A DNA stretch of 58,998 nt, counting the filler. It is 7 parts of 7 records of this genome, joined end to end, with 100 filler letters (N's around TTAATTAATTAA, not from the genome) between each part and the next. Parts side by side here need not be neighbours in the genome. Positions count along the whole stretch, not along the records: positions 1 to 5,897 come from SRR31147125_35733; positions 5,998 to 14,726 come from SRR31147125_35745; 5 more parts are not named here. One strand, written 5' to 3'. Each line of letters begins with the position of its first letter. Within the stretch, counting starts at the first letter, position 1. A model generated the notes under the pieces. It saw nothing but the letters and a program-made list of their open reading frames with translations. It had not been told where the DNA came from and searched no databases. The translations under genes and the position numbers were made by a program. This document shows, one piece after another, positions 1 through 9,719 of this stretch.

Positions 1-163
1 GAAGGACGAAAGACTTTTTCGACAAGCTGACCTCCCTCAAGGAGGGCGGCTTTAAAGTCTTATTTCCAATGACTGATATCAGAGCAGTGAGCACAATAGA
101 GGTCTGCCTGTTTAATGGTCGGTTAAAAATGGAAACAAAGAGTCCGGGAATATCATTTATTCA

Positions 164-191
164 TTGAAATTTCGTCAATGTATGATACAAT
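164..191 (+). promoter_or_regulatory. Putative sigma-A promoter upstream of the aminotransferase leader
   Basis: TTGAAA (164-169), 16-bp spacer, TACAAT (186-191) with extended TGn. Confidence 0.5.
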
Positions 192-364
192 ATCGCCTTA
201 GAGTATAACAAAACCCGCAGGAGTGTCAGCGTGAAAATCCACGCTCGCACATCATGCGCCAAGTTCTCGCCGCTTAAGCGGCAACCGGAATACAGGCGCA
301 ACAACCCTCCGTGCGGGGAGCGTTTTTATAAAATAATGTGACATAGTGCATGGGAGGTTTTTGG

Positions 365-1555
365 ATGATTTCCGAGAAGATGAAAAAACTGGCCGAGAAC
401 AACAGCGTTATACGCGCGATGTTTGAGGAAGGCGCTAAGATGGCGGCACAGTTTGGCCGTGAGAATGTGTATGATTTTAGCCTCGGCAACCCGAACTTTC
501 CAGCGCCGGCGGCTGTTAAAGCAGCAATGATAGATATTCTGACGAGCGAAGAACCCATGACGGTCCACGGCTACATGTCAAACGCCGGGTTTGAAACGAC
601 ACGGCGCGCTGTGGCTGATTCACTTAACAGTCGGTTTAATACATCGTTTAATGCCAACAATATCATTATGTCGGTCGGCGCGGCAGGCGCTATTAACGTC
701 GCGTTTAAAACGCTTTTAAATCCCGGTGACGAGGTGGCTGTATTCGCGCCGTATTTTGTTGAATATGGCAACTACGTCAGCAATTACGACGGCGTGCTTA
801 AAGCTGTGGAGCCAAATATCCCGAGCTTTCAGCCCGACACCGACAAGCTGGCCGCCCTCATAACCCCCAAGACAAAAGCCGTTATTTTAAACACGCCAAA
901 TAATCCCACCGGCGTTGTCTATTCAGCCGAATCCATTCAAAAAATCGCCGCGGTGCTGGAGGCCAAGCAGAAGGAATACGGCACGTCCATCTTTATTATT
1001 TCCGACGAGCCGTACCGCGAACTGGCTTACGACGGCGTCGAGGTGCCGTTTATAACGAAATTCTATAAAAACACGCTGGTCTGCTATTCCTGGTCCAAAT
1101 CTTTGTCACTGCCGGGCGAGCGCATCGGCTACCTGGTTATACCCTCCGAGGTCGAGGATTATCAGCTCGTTTTTGACGCGGCCTGTATTGCCACGCGCGT
1201 CATCGGCTTCGTCAACGCGCCGTCGCTTCAGCAGCTGGCCGTGGCGCGTTGCCTAAATGAATCAACCGATATCGGGTCGTATGACGCCAACAGAAAGCTC
1301 CTCTATGACGGGCTTACCGGCTGCGGGTTTGAATGCGTATTCCCACAGGGTGCGTTTTACATGTGGATGAAGACGCCGGAGGATGACAAAGCGTTTGTTC
1401 AGGCGGCTAAAAAATATAATCTTCTGCTCGTGCCCGGCATGTCTTTTGCCTGCCCCGGTTATGTGCGTATTGCTTATTGTGTCTCCAGGGACATGATTGG
1501 ACGCGCGCTGCCCGCGTTTAAGAAGCTTGCGCAGGACTATGGCCTGTCCAACTGA
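365..1555 (+). CDS. PLP-dependent class I/II aminotransferase (aspartate aminotransferase-like)
   Basis: Motifs SLGNP, NTPNNPTG, SDEPY, SWSKSLSLPGERIG (PLP lysine); GGAGG RBS before ATG 365. Confidence 0.9.
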   Translation: MISEKMKKLAENNSVIRAMFEEGAKMAAQFGRENVYDFSLGNPNFPAPAAVKAAMIDILTSEEPMTVHGYMSNAGFETTRRAVADSLNSRFNTSFNANNIIMSVGAAGAINVAFKTLLNPGDEVAVFAPYFVEYGNYVSNYDGVLKAVEPNIPSFQPDTDKLAALITPKTKAVILNTPNNPTGVVYSAESIQKIAAVLEAKQKEYGTSIFIISDEPYRELAYDGVEVPFITKFYKNTLVCYSWSKSLSLPGERIGYLVIPSEVEDYQLVFDAACIATRVIGFVNAPSLQQLAVARCLNESTDIGSYDANRKLLYDGLTGCGFECVFPQGAFYMWMKTPEDDKAFVQAAKKYNLLLVPGMSFACPGYVRIAYCVSRDMIGRALPAFKKLAQDYGLSN

Positions 1556-1694
1556 TTGAGGACCGTGTTATAACACAAACTGATTTTAAACGGTTATTAA
1601 TCAGACGCCGTCGGGGCGGCTGATAGCCGTCCGCCGTATCCTGCAAGTTTCCAGATGGGAGAGCAGGTAACAATACAAAAGGAATGAACTTCAA

Positions 1695-2692
1695 ATGGAA
1701 GAAAAAAGAAGATACTGTCCGGCATTAAGCCCAGCGGCGCACTGACGCTCGGGTCCTACCTGGGCGCCATTAAAAACTGGGTGGACCTGGCCGAGACGTA
1801 TAACTGCTATTACATGATGGCCGACCTTCACGCGATTACCGAGCGGCAGGAGCCGGCCGCACTGCGCCGAACAACGCTGGAGCAGATTGCCCAGTACATC
1901 GCCTGTGGTCTTGATCCGGAAAAAAACGTCATTTTTATTCAGAGCCAGGTGCCCGCACATGCAGAGCTGGCCTGGGTTTTAAACTGTTATACTATGTTTG
2001 GCGAGCTGTCACGCATGACACAGTTTAAGGATAAATCGAAAAAGAACGCCGACAATATAAATGCCGGTCTTTTCACATACCCGTCGCTTATGGCGGCCGA
2101 CATTCTCCTGTACCAGGCCGATCTCGTGCCGGTCGGCGAGGACCAGAAGCAGCACCTCGAGCTCACGCGCGATATCGCCGCGCGTTTCAATGGCATCTAC
2201 GGCGATGTCTTTAAAATGCCCGACCCGTTTATCCCGAAGGTCGGCGCGCGTGTCATGAGCCTGCAGGAACCGACAAGCAAGATGTCCAAGTCCGACATTG
2301 ATAACGGCGGCTGCATCTGCATTATGGATAAGCCGGAGGACATCATGCGCGCGTTCAAGCGCGCCGTCACGGACAGTGAGACAAGTGTGCGCTACGATGT
2401 TACGAATAAGCCGGGTGTATCCAATCTTATGCAAATTTACGCTGTTGCCACGGGCAAATCGTTTGAAGACATTGAAAACGAATTTGCAGGGAAGGGCTAC
2501 GGCGATTTTAAGCTGGCGGTCGGCGAAGCTGTTGTTGAAATGCTGCGCCCGTTCCGAGAGGAAGCTGCGCGCATGCTTTCCGATAAGGCCTATCTGGAGA
2601 AGGTTTACAAGGAAGGCGCCGAAAAGGCATCCTATGCGGCGCACAAGACGCTGCGCAAGGTGTATAAAAAGGTCGGCTTTGTCCAGAGATAA
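1695..2692 (+). CDS. trpS: Tryptophan--tRNA ligase (apparent frameshift in an A-run just after the start)
   Basis: ILSGIKPSGALTLGSYLGA (HIGH-like) lies in frame upstream of ORF 1781; YPSLMAADILLY, VPVGEDQKQH, KMSKS; ATG 1695 joins the frame if one A is added to the A6 run. Confidence 0.92.
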
Positions 2693-2937
2693 TATTACCC
2701 TGCCGGTCAAAAGCAGGTGCTTGCACCCGAACCGAAAGCTTCCTCGCTGAGAACTGCGGCGACTAAGAATTGTCAGCAAAGCGGACAAAACGGAACAAAA
2801 CAAATATGAACCCGTCCAAAGAGGCGGTAAACACAGACTATATAGAGAATCGGCAGGCCGCCGGCCGCAACGGCGGCAGGCGCTTTGTGCATACGGCGGC
2901 TTAAGGCCGCCTTATAGCCGCGCCGTCTGGAGCGATT

Positions 2938-4212
2938 ATGCTGAACGAACTTTTTATACCGGTCGGTCTGGCGATCGTCGCGTCTTTTATCATCAGCTTT
3001 GCCGCGACGCCGATCGTTAAATCCTTTGCCAATCGCGTCGGTGCGATTGACGTCCCGAAGGATGCGCGCCGGATGCACACCCAGCCTATCCCGCGTCTGG
3101 GAGGCCTGGCTATTTTTATTGGCTTTATCCTGAGCGTCGTGCTGTTTGCCGACATCACCAGGGAAGTGCAGGGAATACTGCTGGGCTCGGTCGTCGTTGT
3201 AATCGTCGGCGTGATCGACGATATCATCCCGCTTCCGGCGCTCGTTAAGTTCGTTGTCCAGATCGCGGCGGCGCTTATAGCCGTCTATTATGGCGTCGTC
3301 ATTGATGTTTTATCAAACCTCAACATTTGGAGCCATTCGGAATATCTTATTCTGGGCGGCTGGTCCGTACCTCTCACCGTGCTGTGGATTGTGGCAATCA
3401 CGAATTCCGTCAATCTGATTGACGGCCTGGACGGCCTGGCAGCCGGCATCTCAACAATTTCGTCTTTTACCATGCTTGTCATCGCGCTCGTCGGGGTTGA
3501 CATCAATGTTGCCATTATCACGGCGGCGCTGGCAGGCTCATGCATCGGCTTTTTACCGTATAATAAAAACCCGGCTAAGATATTTATGGGAGACACGGGA
3601 GCGCTGCTCCTTGGCTACGTGCTGGCTACCGTATCCATCATCGGGCTTTTTAAATGGTATGCCTTTATATCGTTTGCCGTACCGTTTCTGGTTGTGGGAT
3701 TGCCCTTGTTCGATACGGCGTTTTCGTTTATCCGCCGGCTGTTGAAGGGTAAAAACCCGATGAAGCCGGACCGCGGACATTTCCATCACCGGCTCATTGA
3801 CATGGGCTTCAACCAGAAGCAGGCCGTCGCGATTGCCTATGCCATCAGCGGTGTGTTGGGCATGGCAGCCGTTGTTATTGCAACACGCGGCGAGATACGC
3901 GCCATTATACTGGTCGTTTCGTTTTTTGTGGCGGGTATCATCGGCTTTTTTATCGCCAAGGGCATCAAACGAGAGCCGGTTAATCGGGATAACCAGCCCG
4001 ACGAGCCGGCCGACCGGGATGATACGGCTAAGCAGCGTTCTGATACACAGGACACGCCGGCGCCGGGGGAGGATGACATGGCGCCGTCTGACGGCGCAGA
4101 TGAAGACGCGGCGCGGCCTAAAGAAACGATTAACGCGGGCCGGACGGATAAGAACGGAAAAAGCGGCTATGAGCCCGATCAAATAGAGCCGGAGGACAGG
4201 GATGAGCTCTAA
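2938..4212 (+). CDS. MraY/WecA/TagO-family undecaprenyl-phosphate GlcNAc-1-phosphate transferase with acidic C-terminal tail
   Basis: PIPRLGG, GVIDD, NSVNLIDGLDGLA, IFMGDTG, DRGHFHHRL; multiple TM segments. Confidence 0.88.
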   Translation: MLNELFIPVGLAIVASFIISFAATPIVKSFANRVGAIDVPKDARRMHTQPIPRLGGLAIFIGFILSVVLFADITREVQGILLGSVVVVIVGVIDDIIPLPALVKFVVQIAAALIAVYYGVVIDVLSNLNIWSHSEYLILGGWSVPLTVLWIVAITNSVNLIDGLDGLAAGISTISSFTMLVIALVGVDINVAIITAALAGSCIGFLPYNKNPAKIFMGDTGALLLGYVLATVSIIGLFKWYAFISFAVPFLVVGLPLFDTAFSFIRRLLKGKNPMKPDRGHFHHRLIDMGFNQKQAVAIAYAISGVLGMAAVVIATRGEIRAIILVVSFFVAGIIGFFIAKGIKREPVNRDNQPDEPADRDDTAKQRSDTQDTPAPGEDDMAPSDGADEDAARPKETINAGRTDKNGKSGYEPDQIEPEDRDEL

Positions 4213-4981
4213 AAGAGTGCGCTTTATTACGCTCGCGGGCACGGTTTTTGCCATGCTCGTCATTGCTGTCAGTCTGCTCTTGTCAAGGATCTCGCTGGAA
4301 ACACGCCAGATGAACCTGCCGGAAACACCTAGCGGCATTTCTGATACGCCGGGTACTCAAGGCGGCGCGCTGGCAACGGACGGGGGACTGGTGCGTGTAG
4401 AGGTCACAACCGATACCGTCCAGGACGTTATTGCCTCATTGCACAGGCCCGCAAGTTATTCACGGCAGCTCTTTGTGGTTAGCTATTATGCGGACGGGTC
4501 CGCCGAATACAATGTTGACGTAGCCGTTTTGGATGCTGCCAAGTCCGTGAAAATCCACAGCGGTGGCCAGAATAAAAATATCATCATCGTTGGCGGGAAG
4601 CTTTACGTCTGGAATGACGGCGATGATGATTATTATATTTCGGAGCTAGACACATCTGATAACAACGTAAAGCTGTCGGATATGTACCAGATGCTCCTGA
4701 CCTATGAGGATGTTTTGGACGTTAAGCCGTCGGACATTACCTTTGCAGCCTACGAAAACTATAATGGAGAGATGTGCATTGTTGTTCGCTACAGAGCCGG
4801 GCAGCTTCAATATCTGACGACCTGTTACATATCGGTCAAAACGGGGCTTTTGGTCGGTGCGGAGCAGTATGACGGAACAACAAAGGTTTATGAAATGTCC
4901 GCGTCTGGCTATACGACGGATGTTGTTGCCGCGCGCTTTGACCTGCCGGACGGTAAAGCGGCCATCAGCGGCGGCGAATGA
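4202..4981 (+). CDS. Hypothetical membrane-anchored/exported protein
   Basis: 259-aa ORF overlapping the upstream stop; N-terminal hydrophobic segment; beta-rich remainder. Confidence 0.7.
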   Translation: MSSKRVRFITLAGTVFAMLVIAVSLLLSRISLETRQMNLPETPSGISDTPGTQGGALATDGGLVRVEVTTDTVQDVIASLHRPASYSRQLFVVSYYADGSAEYNVDVAVLDAAKSVKIHSGGQNKNIIIVGGKLYVWNDGDDDYYISELDTSDNNVKLSDMYQMLLTYEDVLDVKPSDITFAAYENYNGEMCIVVRYRAGQLQYLTTCYISVKTGLLVGAEQYDGTTKVYEMSASGYTTDVVAARFDLPDGKAAISGGE

Positions 4982-5018
4982 TGTACCCGATAAAAGTTGA
5001 CAATGTTACTTAATAAAG

Positions 5019-5131
5019 CCTCCCTCTTTGAGGGAGGTGGCATTTACATTGTAAATGCCGGTGGGAGTATATTGAGCCCGCCACTTAACTCCCTCAGTCA
5101 GCTGTGCTGACAGCTCCCTCGTGGAGGGAGC
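5019..5131. repeat. Multi-hairpin palindromic intergenic element (REP/MITE-like)
   Basis: Four stems: CCTCCCTC-ttt-GAGGGAGG, GGCATTTACA-t-TGTAAATGCC, GTCAGC-tgt-GCTGAC, GCTCCCTC-gtg-GAGGGAGC. Confidence 0.6.
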
Positions 5132-5258
5132 CATGAAAGGACATTAGGAGAAAACCGACGTACGAGGCTTCAGATGCTTGAACCATCGGACGGTACGCAT
5201 TATCCATGTCGACAGGCTGTATGATTTTCATCAGGGCTTGTCCGAAATCAGAAAGCCA

Positions 5259-5726
5259 TCAGTGGTCTCTGAAGACACTGATGGCGATAATCACCAATAT
5301 GATGATAAATTCCTCGTCCCCGCTTTCCAGGAAGAAGAACAGCAGCATCAGAAGCAGCATGATGTCGCCGATATCAAGGCCGAAAGGCAGGTTGCCGAGC
5401 ATATCCTGAAGCCCGCCTCTCAGGCCGCCGAAAAATCCGCCTTCCGATCCGCCTAAGAGTCCCTTGCCGCCAAACAGACTTTTTCCCGCGCCGCCAAATA
5501 AATTGCCTAAACTGCCCAAGTTACCCAAGCTGCCCAAGCTGCCCAATCCGCTGAGTAAGCCGCCGGCCGATCCGCCTTTTATATTTGTTGGCGGTGGCGG
5601 CAGTGGTGGCTGTGGGGAAGCCGGTGGCGGCGGCGCGTGCGCCGGGCCGATACCGGGGTTGGCTAAAGCCGGGCCGTCATCTACGCGGACGAATTTCCCG
5701 GTATTGCCGATGTATCTATTATACAT
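5259..5726 (-). CDS. Hypothetical Pro/Gly-rich protein with C-terminal hydrophobic segments
   Basis: MYNRYI start with GGAGG RBS; Pro-rich then LGSLGNL repeats; DIGDIMLLLMLLFFF tail. Confidence 0.7.
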   Translation of the reverse strand: MYNRYIGNTGKFVRVDDGPALANPGIGPAHAPPPPASPQPPLPPPPTNIKGGSAGGLLSGLGSLGSLGNLGSLGNLFGGAGKSLFGGKGLLGGSEGGFFGGLRGGLQDMLGNLPFGLDIGDIMLLLMLLFFFLESGDEEFIIILVIIAISVFRDH

Positions 5727-5896
5727 TAGTCACCTCCAGACAGCTCCGAAAAAGCCACCTTGGCGAGCCTGGCCAGTTTTGCGATCTCGGCCGCCTTGTC
5801 GATCTTGGCGTGCCGGTCTTCTCTGAGATAAGGCTTCATGGCATTAAGCAGTGCCGATTTGTCGTTGTTTCCGGATTTATATTCGCTGGCCAAGCG
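5726..5896 (-). CDS. Hypothetical protein, 3' fragment (truncated by contig end)
   Basis: Open frame ...LLNAMKPYLREDRHAKIDKAAEIAKL...GGD*; TAATG stop/start overlap with the next gene. Confidence 0.6.
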   Translation of the reverse strand, partial: RLASEYKSGNNDKSALLNAMKPYLREDRHAKIDKAAEIAKLARLAKVAFSELSGGD

Positions 5897-5897
5897 G

Positions 5898-5997
5898 NNN
5901 NNNNNNNNNNNNNNNNNNNNNNNNNNNNNNNNNNNNNNNNNTTAATTAATTAANNNNNNNNNNNNNNNNNNNNNNNNNNNNNNNNNNNNNNNNNNNN
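5898..5997. other. Artificial contig linker
   Basis: N-run, TTAATTAATTAA (stops in all six frames), N-run; 100 bp. Confidence 0.98.
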
Positions 5998-6079
5998 TTT
6001 TTTTAGATTAAATTGGTGTATAATCATAAAAGCATAGACAGATAAAGCCGTTTATCATGCGGCATAAGAGGTTCGGCAG

Positions 6080-6751
6080 ATGAGTGACATGGATTTTGAT
6101 GATGAACTGTATGAGCTTTACGGCCTGGATTTTGACGTCGAGCCGGACGAACCGAAGCGAACCGGCATAACGGCGCATCAGAAGGAAGCTTTACCCGAGG
6201 AGCGTCAGGGCGGGATGGGGCTGTACGACTGGCTGCAGAGCATTGTGATGGCTGTTTTGTGCGGTATATTGATTTTCATTTTTGTCGGACGTATTTCCGG
6301 CATTGAGCACACATCCATGATGAATACGCTTCATGATAAGGACGTTGTCGTTCTGTCAAATTTATTCTTTACGCCGCACTATGGCGATATCGTCATTATA
6401 GAATCGGATGCGTTTGACGCACCCATTGTCAAGCGCGTCATTGCCACAGAAGGGCAGACCATCGATATTGATTTCAATACGGGCGACGTGATGATCGACG
6501 GCCATGTGATTGAAGAGGATTATATCAGAGAACCGACCACGACCCGGGAAGATTTTTATGGCCCCAGAACAGTACCGGATGGCTGTGTCTTCGTGATGGG
6601 CGACAACCGAAATGCCTCTTCGGATAGCCGGGACGCACGCGTCGATATGATCGATACCCGAAACATTCTCGGCAAAGTGCTCTTTCTGGCTATACCGGGT
6701 AAGGACGACGACGGCCGGCAGTGGAGCCGTGTCGGTTCGGTTTACCGATAA
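6080..6751 (+). CDS. lepB: Signal peptidase I (paralog 1)
   Basis: TM segment, SMMNTL (catalytic Ser), IVKRVIA (catalytic Lys), FVMGDNRNASSDSR. Confidence 0.9.
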   Translation: MSDMDFDDELYELYGLDFDVEPDEPKRTGITAHQKEALPEERQGGMGLYDWLQSIVMAVLCGILIFIFVGRISGIEHTSMMNTLHDKDVVVLSNLFFTPHYGDIVIIESDAFDAPIVKRVIATEGQTIDIDFNTGDVMIDGHVIEEDYIREPTTTREDFYGPRTVPDGCVFVMGDNRNASSDSRDARVDMIDTRNILGKVLFLAIPGKDDDGRQWSRVGSVYR

Positions 6752-6946
6752 GGCCGTCAATACATGTGGCTGAAAAAAACCGATGGTTTCCGGGCCCTAT
6801 GACGAAAGCGCGGCGAAGGATGTCAATGCTGCCGGCCGGGAGGCGACAGATGACAGTCTCATGCTGTGCTTTTATTTTATCAGGCGTATTATCATATAAT
6901 AAATGCGCGTAAGGCCGTTTCATACTCTATTTAAAGGAGTTTGCTG

Positions 6947-7618
6947 ATGAGCGACAAGGATTTTGACTACGATCTTTATGAAATTGAATACGGCATAAAG
7001 TTTAACGAAGAAGAGACCGAGGCCCCGCCGGCGCACAAACCGCCCGAGAAGAAGGACAACGCTGGGGTCAGCCAGGCCAGAATGGAATTGTACGACTGGC
7101 TGCAGTGTATCGTTTCGGCTGTTTTATGCGGTATCCTGATTTTTATCTTTGTCGGCCGCGTTACCGGCATTGACGGCAGCAGCATGCTCAATACGCTGCA
7201 CGACCATGATGTTGTTGTGATGTCCAATTTGTTTTTTACGCCGCACTACGGCGATATCGTTATTATCGACTCGGATGCGTTTGACAAACCCCTCGTCAAG
7301 CGGGTCATTGCCACGGCGGGACAGACGATCGATATTAACTTTGACACAGGCGATGTCATGATTGACGGGAAAGTGATTACAGAGGATTATATTCGACAGC
7401 CTACGATGCTGCGGCTTGATTTTGAAGGCCCGATGACGGTGCCGGAGGGCTGCGTGTTCGTCATGGGCGACAACCGAAACGAGTCGACGGACAGCCGAAG
7501 CTCGCAGGTGGGCATGATCGATACGAGAAATGTACTTGGGAAAGTGCTACTCCTCATCATACCCGGAAAAGACGCCGGCGCTCGGTCATGGGACCGTTTC
7601 GGCTCTGTTTATGGATAA
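6947..7618 (+). CDS. lepB: Signal peptidase I (paralog 2)
   Basis: GSSMLNTL, LVKRVIA, FVMGDNRNESTDSR; AAGGAG RBS. Confidence 0.9.
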   Translation: MSDKDFDYDLYEIEYGIKFNEEETEAPPAHKPPEKKDNAGVSQARMELYDWLQCIVSAVLCGILIFIFVGRVTGIDGSSMLNTLHDHDVVVMSNLFFTPHYGDIVIIDSDAFDKPLVKRVIATAGQTIDINFDTGDVMIDGKVITEDYIRQPTMLRLDFEGPMTVPEGCVFVMGDNRNESTDSRSSQVGMIDTRNVLGKVLLLIIPGKDAGARSWDRFGSVYG

Positions 7619-7631
7619 GGTATAAGTGATA

Positions 7632-8504
7632 ATGCGTGAAGAAATAAATATTCAATGGTTTCCCGGCCACATGACAAAAGCGCGGCGGATGATGACAGAG
7701 AACTTAAAGCTCGTTGACGCCGTATGTGAAATAATCGACGCCCGGATCCCCGTATCCAGCCGAAACCCCGATCTGGACGACATTACGGGCAATAAGCCGC
7801 GGCTGCTCATTCTAAACCGCGTCGACCAGGCCGATCCTGCCGCCACAAAAGCGTGGTCCGCGTATTTTCGATCGCAAGGTCTGGCCGTTATTGAAACAGA
7901 CTCCAAAAGCGGTAAAGGCGTTAAAACGTTCCCTGCCGCCGTTAAGAATCTTATACGGGGAAAGCTTCAGGCGTACGAGGCAAAAGGACAAGTTGGCCGG
8001 ACGGTCCGGGCAATGATTGCCGGCATTCCCAATGTCGGCAAGTCGTCGTTTATCAATCGCCTGGCAGGCCGGAAGGCCGCCGAGACGTCGGACAGGCCCG
8101 GCGTTACGCGCGGAAGGCAATGGATACGAATTGTTGACGGGCTGGAGCTATTAGATACGCCCGGTATCCTCTGGCCAAAATTTGAGAGCAAAGAGGTCGG
8201 TGAAAACCTCGCGTATACGGGCGCTGTTAAGGACGATGTTGTCGACCGGGAGGCGCTGGCTGGAAATCTCATGCTGCGACTGGCCGAGCTGTGTCCGCAA
8301 AAGCTGACGGAGCGGTATAAAATTACGCCTGAGGAGGGCCAAACCGGCTACGAGCTTTTAAGCCGGGCGGCGAAAAAACGCGGCTTTCTCCTGTCGGGCG
8401 GTGAGTTGGATACGGACCGTATGGCGGCCGTACTGCTGGATGAATTTCGCGGCGGGAAGCTTGGGCGCATTACGCTTGAAATGCCGCCGGTGGCGGAAGC
8501 ATAG
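7632..8504 (+). CDS. rbgA: Ribosome biogenesis GTPase RbgA/YlqF
   Basis: IQWFPGHM, DARIP, GIPNVGKSS, PGVTRG, LDTPG. Confidence 0.95.
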   Translation: MREEINIQWFPGHMTKARRMMTENLKLVDAVCEIIDARIPVSSRNPDLDDITGNKPRLLILNRVDQADPAATKAWSAYFRSQGLAVIETDSKSGKGVKTFPAAVKNLIRGKLQAYEAKGQVGRTVRAMIAGIPNVGKSSFINRLAGRKAAETSDRPGVTRGRQWIRIVDGLELLDTPGILWPKFESKEVGENLAYTGAVKDDVVDREALAGNLMLRLAELCPQKLTERYKITPEEGQTGYELLSRAAKKRGFLLSGGELDTDRMAAVLLDEFRGGKLGRITLEMPPVAEA

Positions 8505-8637
8505 CGCGGCATTATCGTGCTGCCAGCTTATGACCTCGGGCAGCATCCGATTTATTCAGGCAGCCGCTATACAGATTATGCGTCAGTGATGGGAGGTTTC
8601 CTTGCTTTTCGTTCGCGAAACGCGGGGAAGGCATACA

Positions 8638-9234
8638 ATGGATTGGTGGGCATACGAAAATGAGGCCGCTTCTGAGGGCTGGCGAATATTATGCGGCGTG
8701 GACGAAGCCGGGCGCGGCTGTTTGGCCGGTCCGGTATTTGCCGCCGCAGTTATCCTGCCGCCCGGACTGGACATTCCAGGGCTGGATGATTCCAAAAAGC
8801 TGAAGCCGGCAGTACGAGAGGTGCTTTATGAAATCATCGTACAAAACGCCATATCGTACGGTATTGGCACGGCAAGTGAACGTGAAATCGAAGAGGTCAA
8901 CATATTAAACGCTACATACCTGGCAATGAACCGAGCTATGGCACAGCTGGAGCCGGCGGCCGAGCTGGCGCTCATCGACGGAAATCGAGCCGCCGGCATA
9001 ACATACTTAAACCGGTGTATTATCGGGGGAGACGGCAAGTGCGCGTCTATTGCGGCCGCGTCCATCCTTGCCAAGGTCAGCCGGGACCGGTTTATGACAG
9101 AGCTGGCAGAATCCTATCCGCAGTATTTGTTCGAAAAACATAAGGGCTACGCAACCGCGGAGCATTATGATCGGCTCCGACGGCACGGGCCTTCTTCGGT
9201 ACACCGTGTAACCTTTTTAAAGAAAATGCACTGA
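8638..9234 (+). CDS. rnhB: Ribonuclease HII
   Basis: GVDEAGRG, DSKKL, LIDG, IAAASILAKV, HKGY. Confidence 0.95.
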   Translation: MDWWAYENEAASEGWRILCGVDEAGRGCLAGPVFAAAVILPPGLDIPGLDDSKKLKPAVREVLYEIIVQNAISYGIGTASEREIEEVNILNATYLAMNRAMAQLEPAAELALIDGNRAAGITYLNRCIIGGDGKCASIAAASILAKVSRDRFMTELAESYPQYLFEKHKGYATAEHYDRLRRHGPSSVHRVTFLKKMH

Positions 9235-9269
9235 TACGCTAAAAGCCAACTCGGTTGAGGAGGTTTGCA

Positions 9270-9632
9270 TTGGACACAAAGCTGCGGGGAAGCTGGGGAG
9301 AGGCGATGGCGTCGGACTATCTCCGGCGTAAAAAATATACGCCTGTCGGCATGGGCTACCGCACCCGGTACGGAGAAATCGATATAATCGTCAAAGACCG
9401 TACCTACATTGTTTTCGTCGAGGTAAAGGTTCGTAAAAACAGCCGGTATGCCGAAGCGCGCGAGTTTGTCGGTCCGCAGAAGCAGGAACGGCTGAGGAAG
9501 ACGGCCTCGATTTGGCTTTCAGAGCATGAGACAAATTTGCAGCCGCGTTTTGACGTCATAGAAATCTACGCACCGGACGGGCCGGATACGCAATCCATAC
9601 AGCTTAACCATATAGAAAATGCGTTTGAATAA
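9270..9632 (+). CDS. YraN family (UPF0102) endonuclease-like protein
   Basis: GEIDII, VFVEVK, RFDVI; usual position after rnhB; GGAGG RBS before TTG 9270. Confidence 0.88.
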   Translation: MDTKLRGSWGEAMASDYLRRKKYTPVGMGYRTRYGEIDIIVKDRTYIVFVEVKVRKNSRYAEAREFVGPQKQERLRKTASIWLSEHETNLQPRFDVIEIYAPDGPDTQSIQLNHIENAFE

Positions 9633-9719
9633 GGACATGAATAAAGTCGGCTGTTCAAGACTTTGCCATGATGTCTCATAACATAAAACCTTTTATATTT
9701 ATGCGGAAGGAAAATAAGA

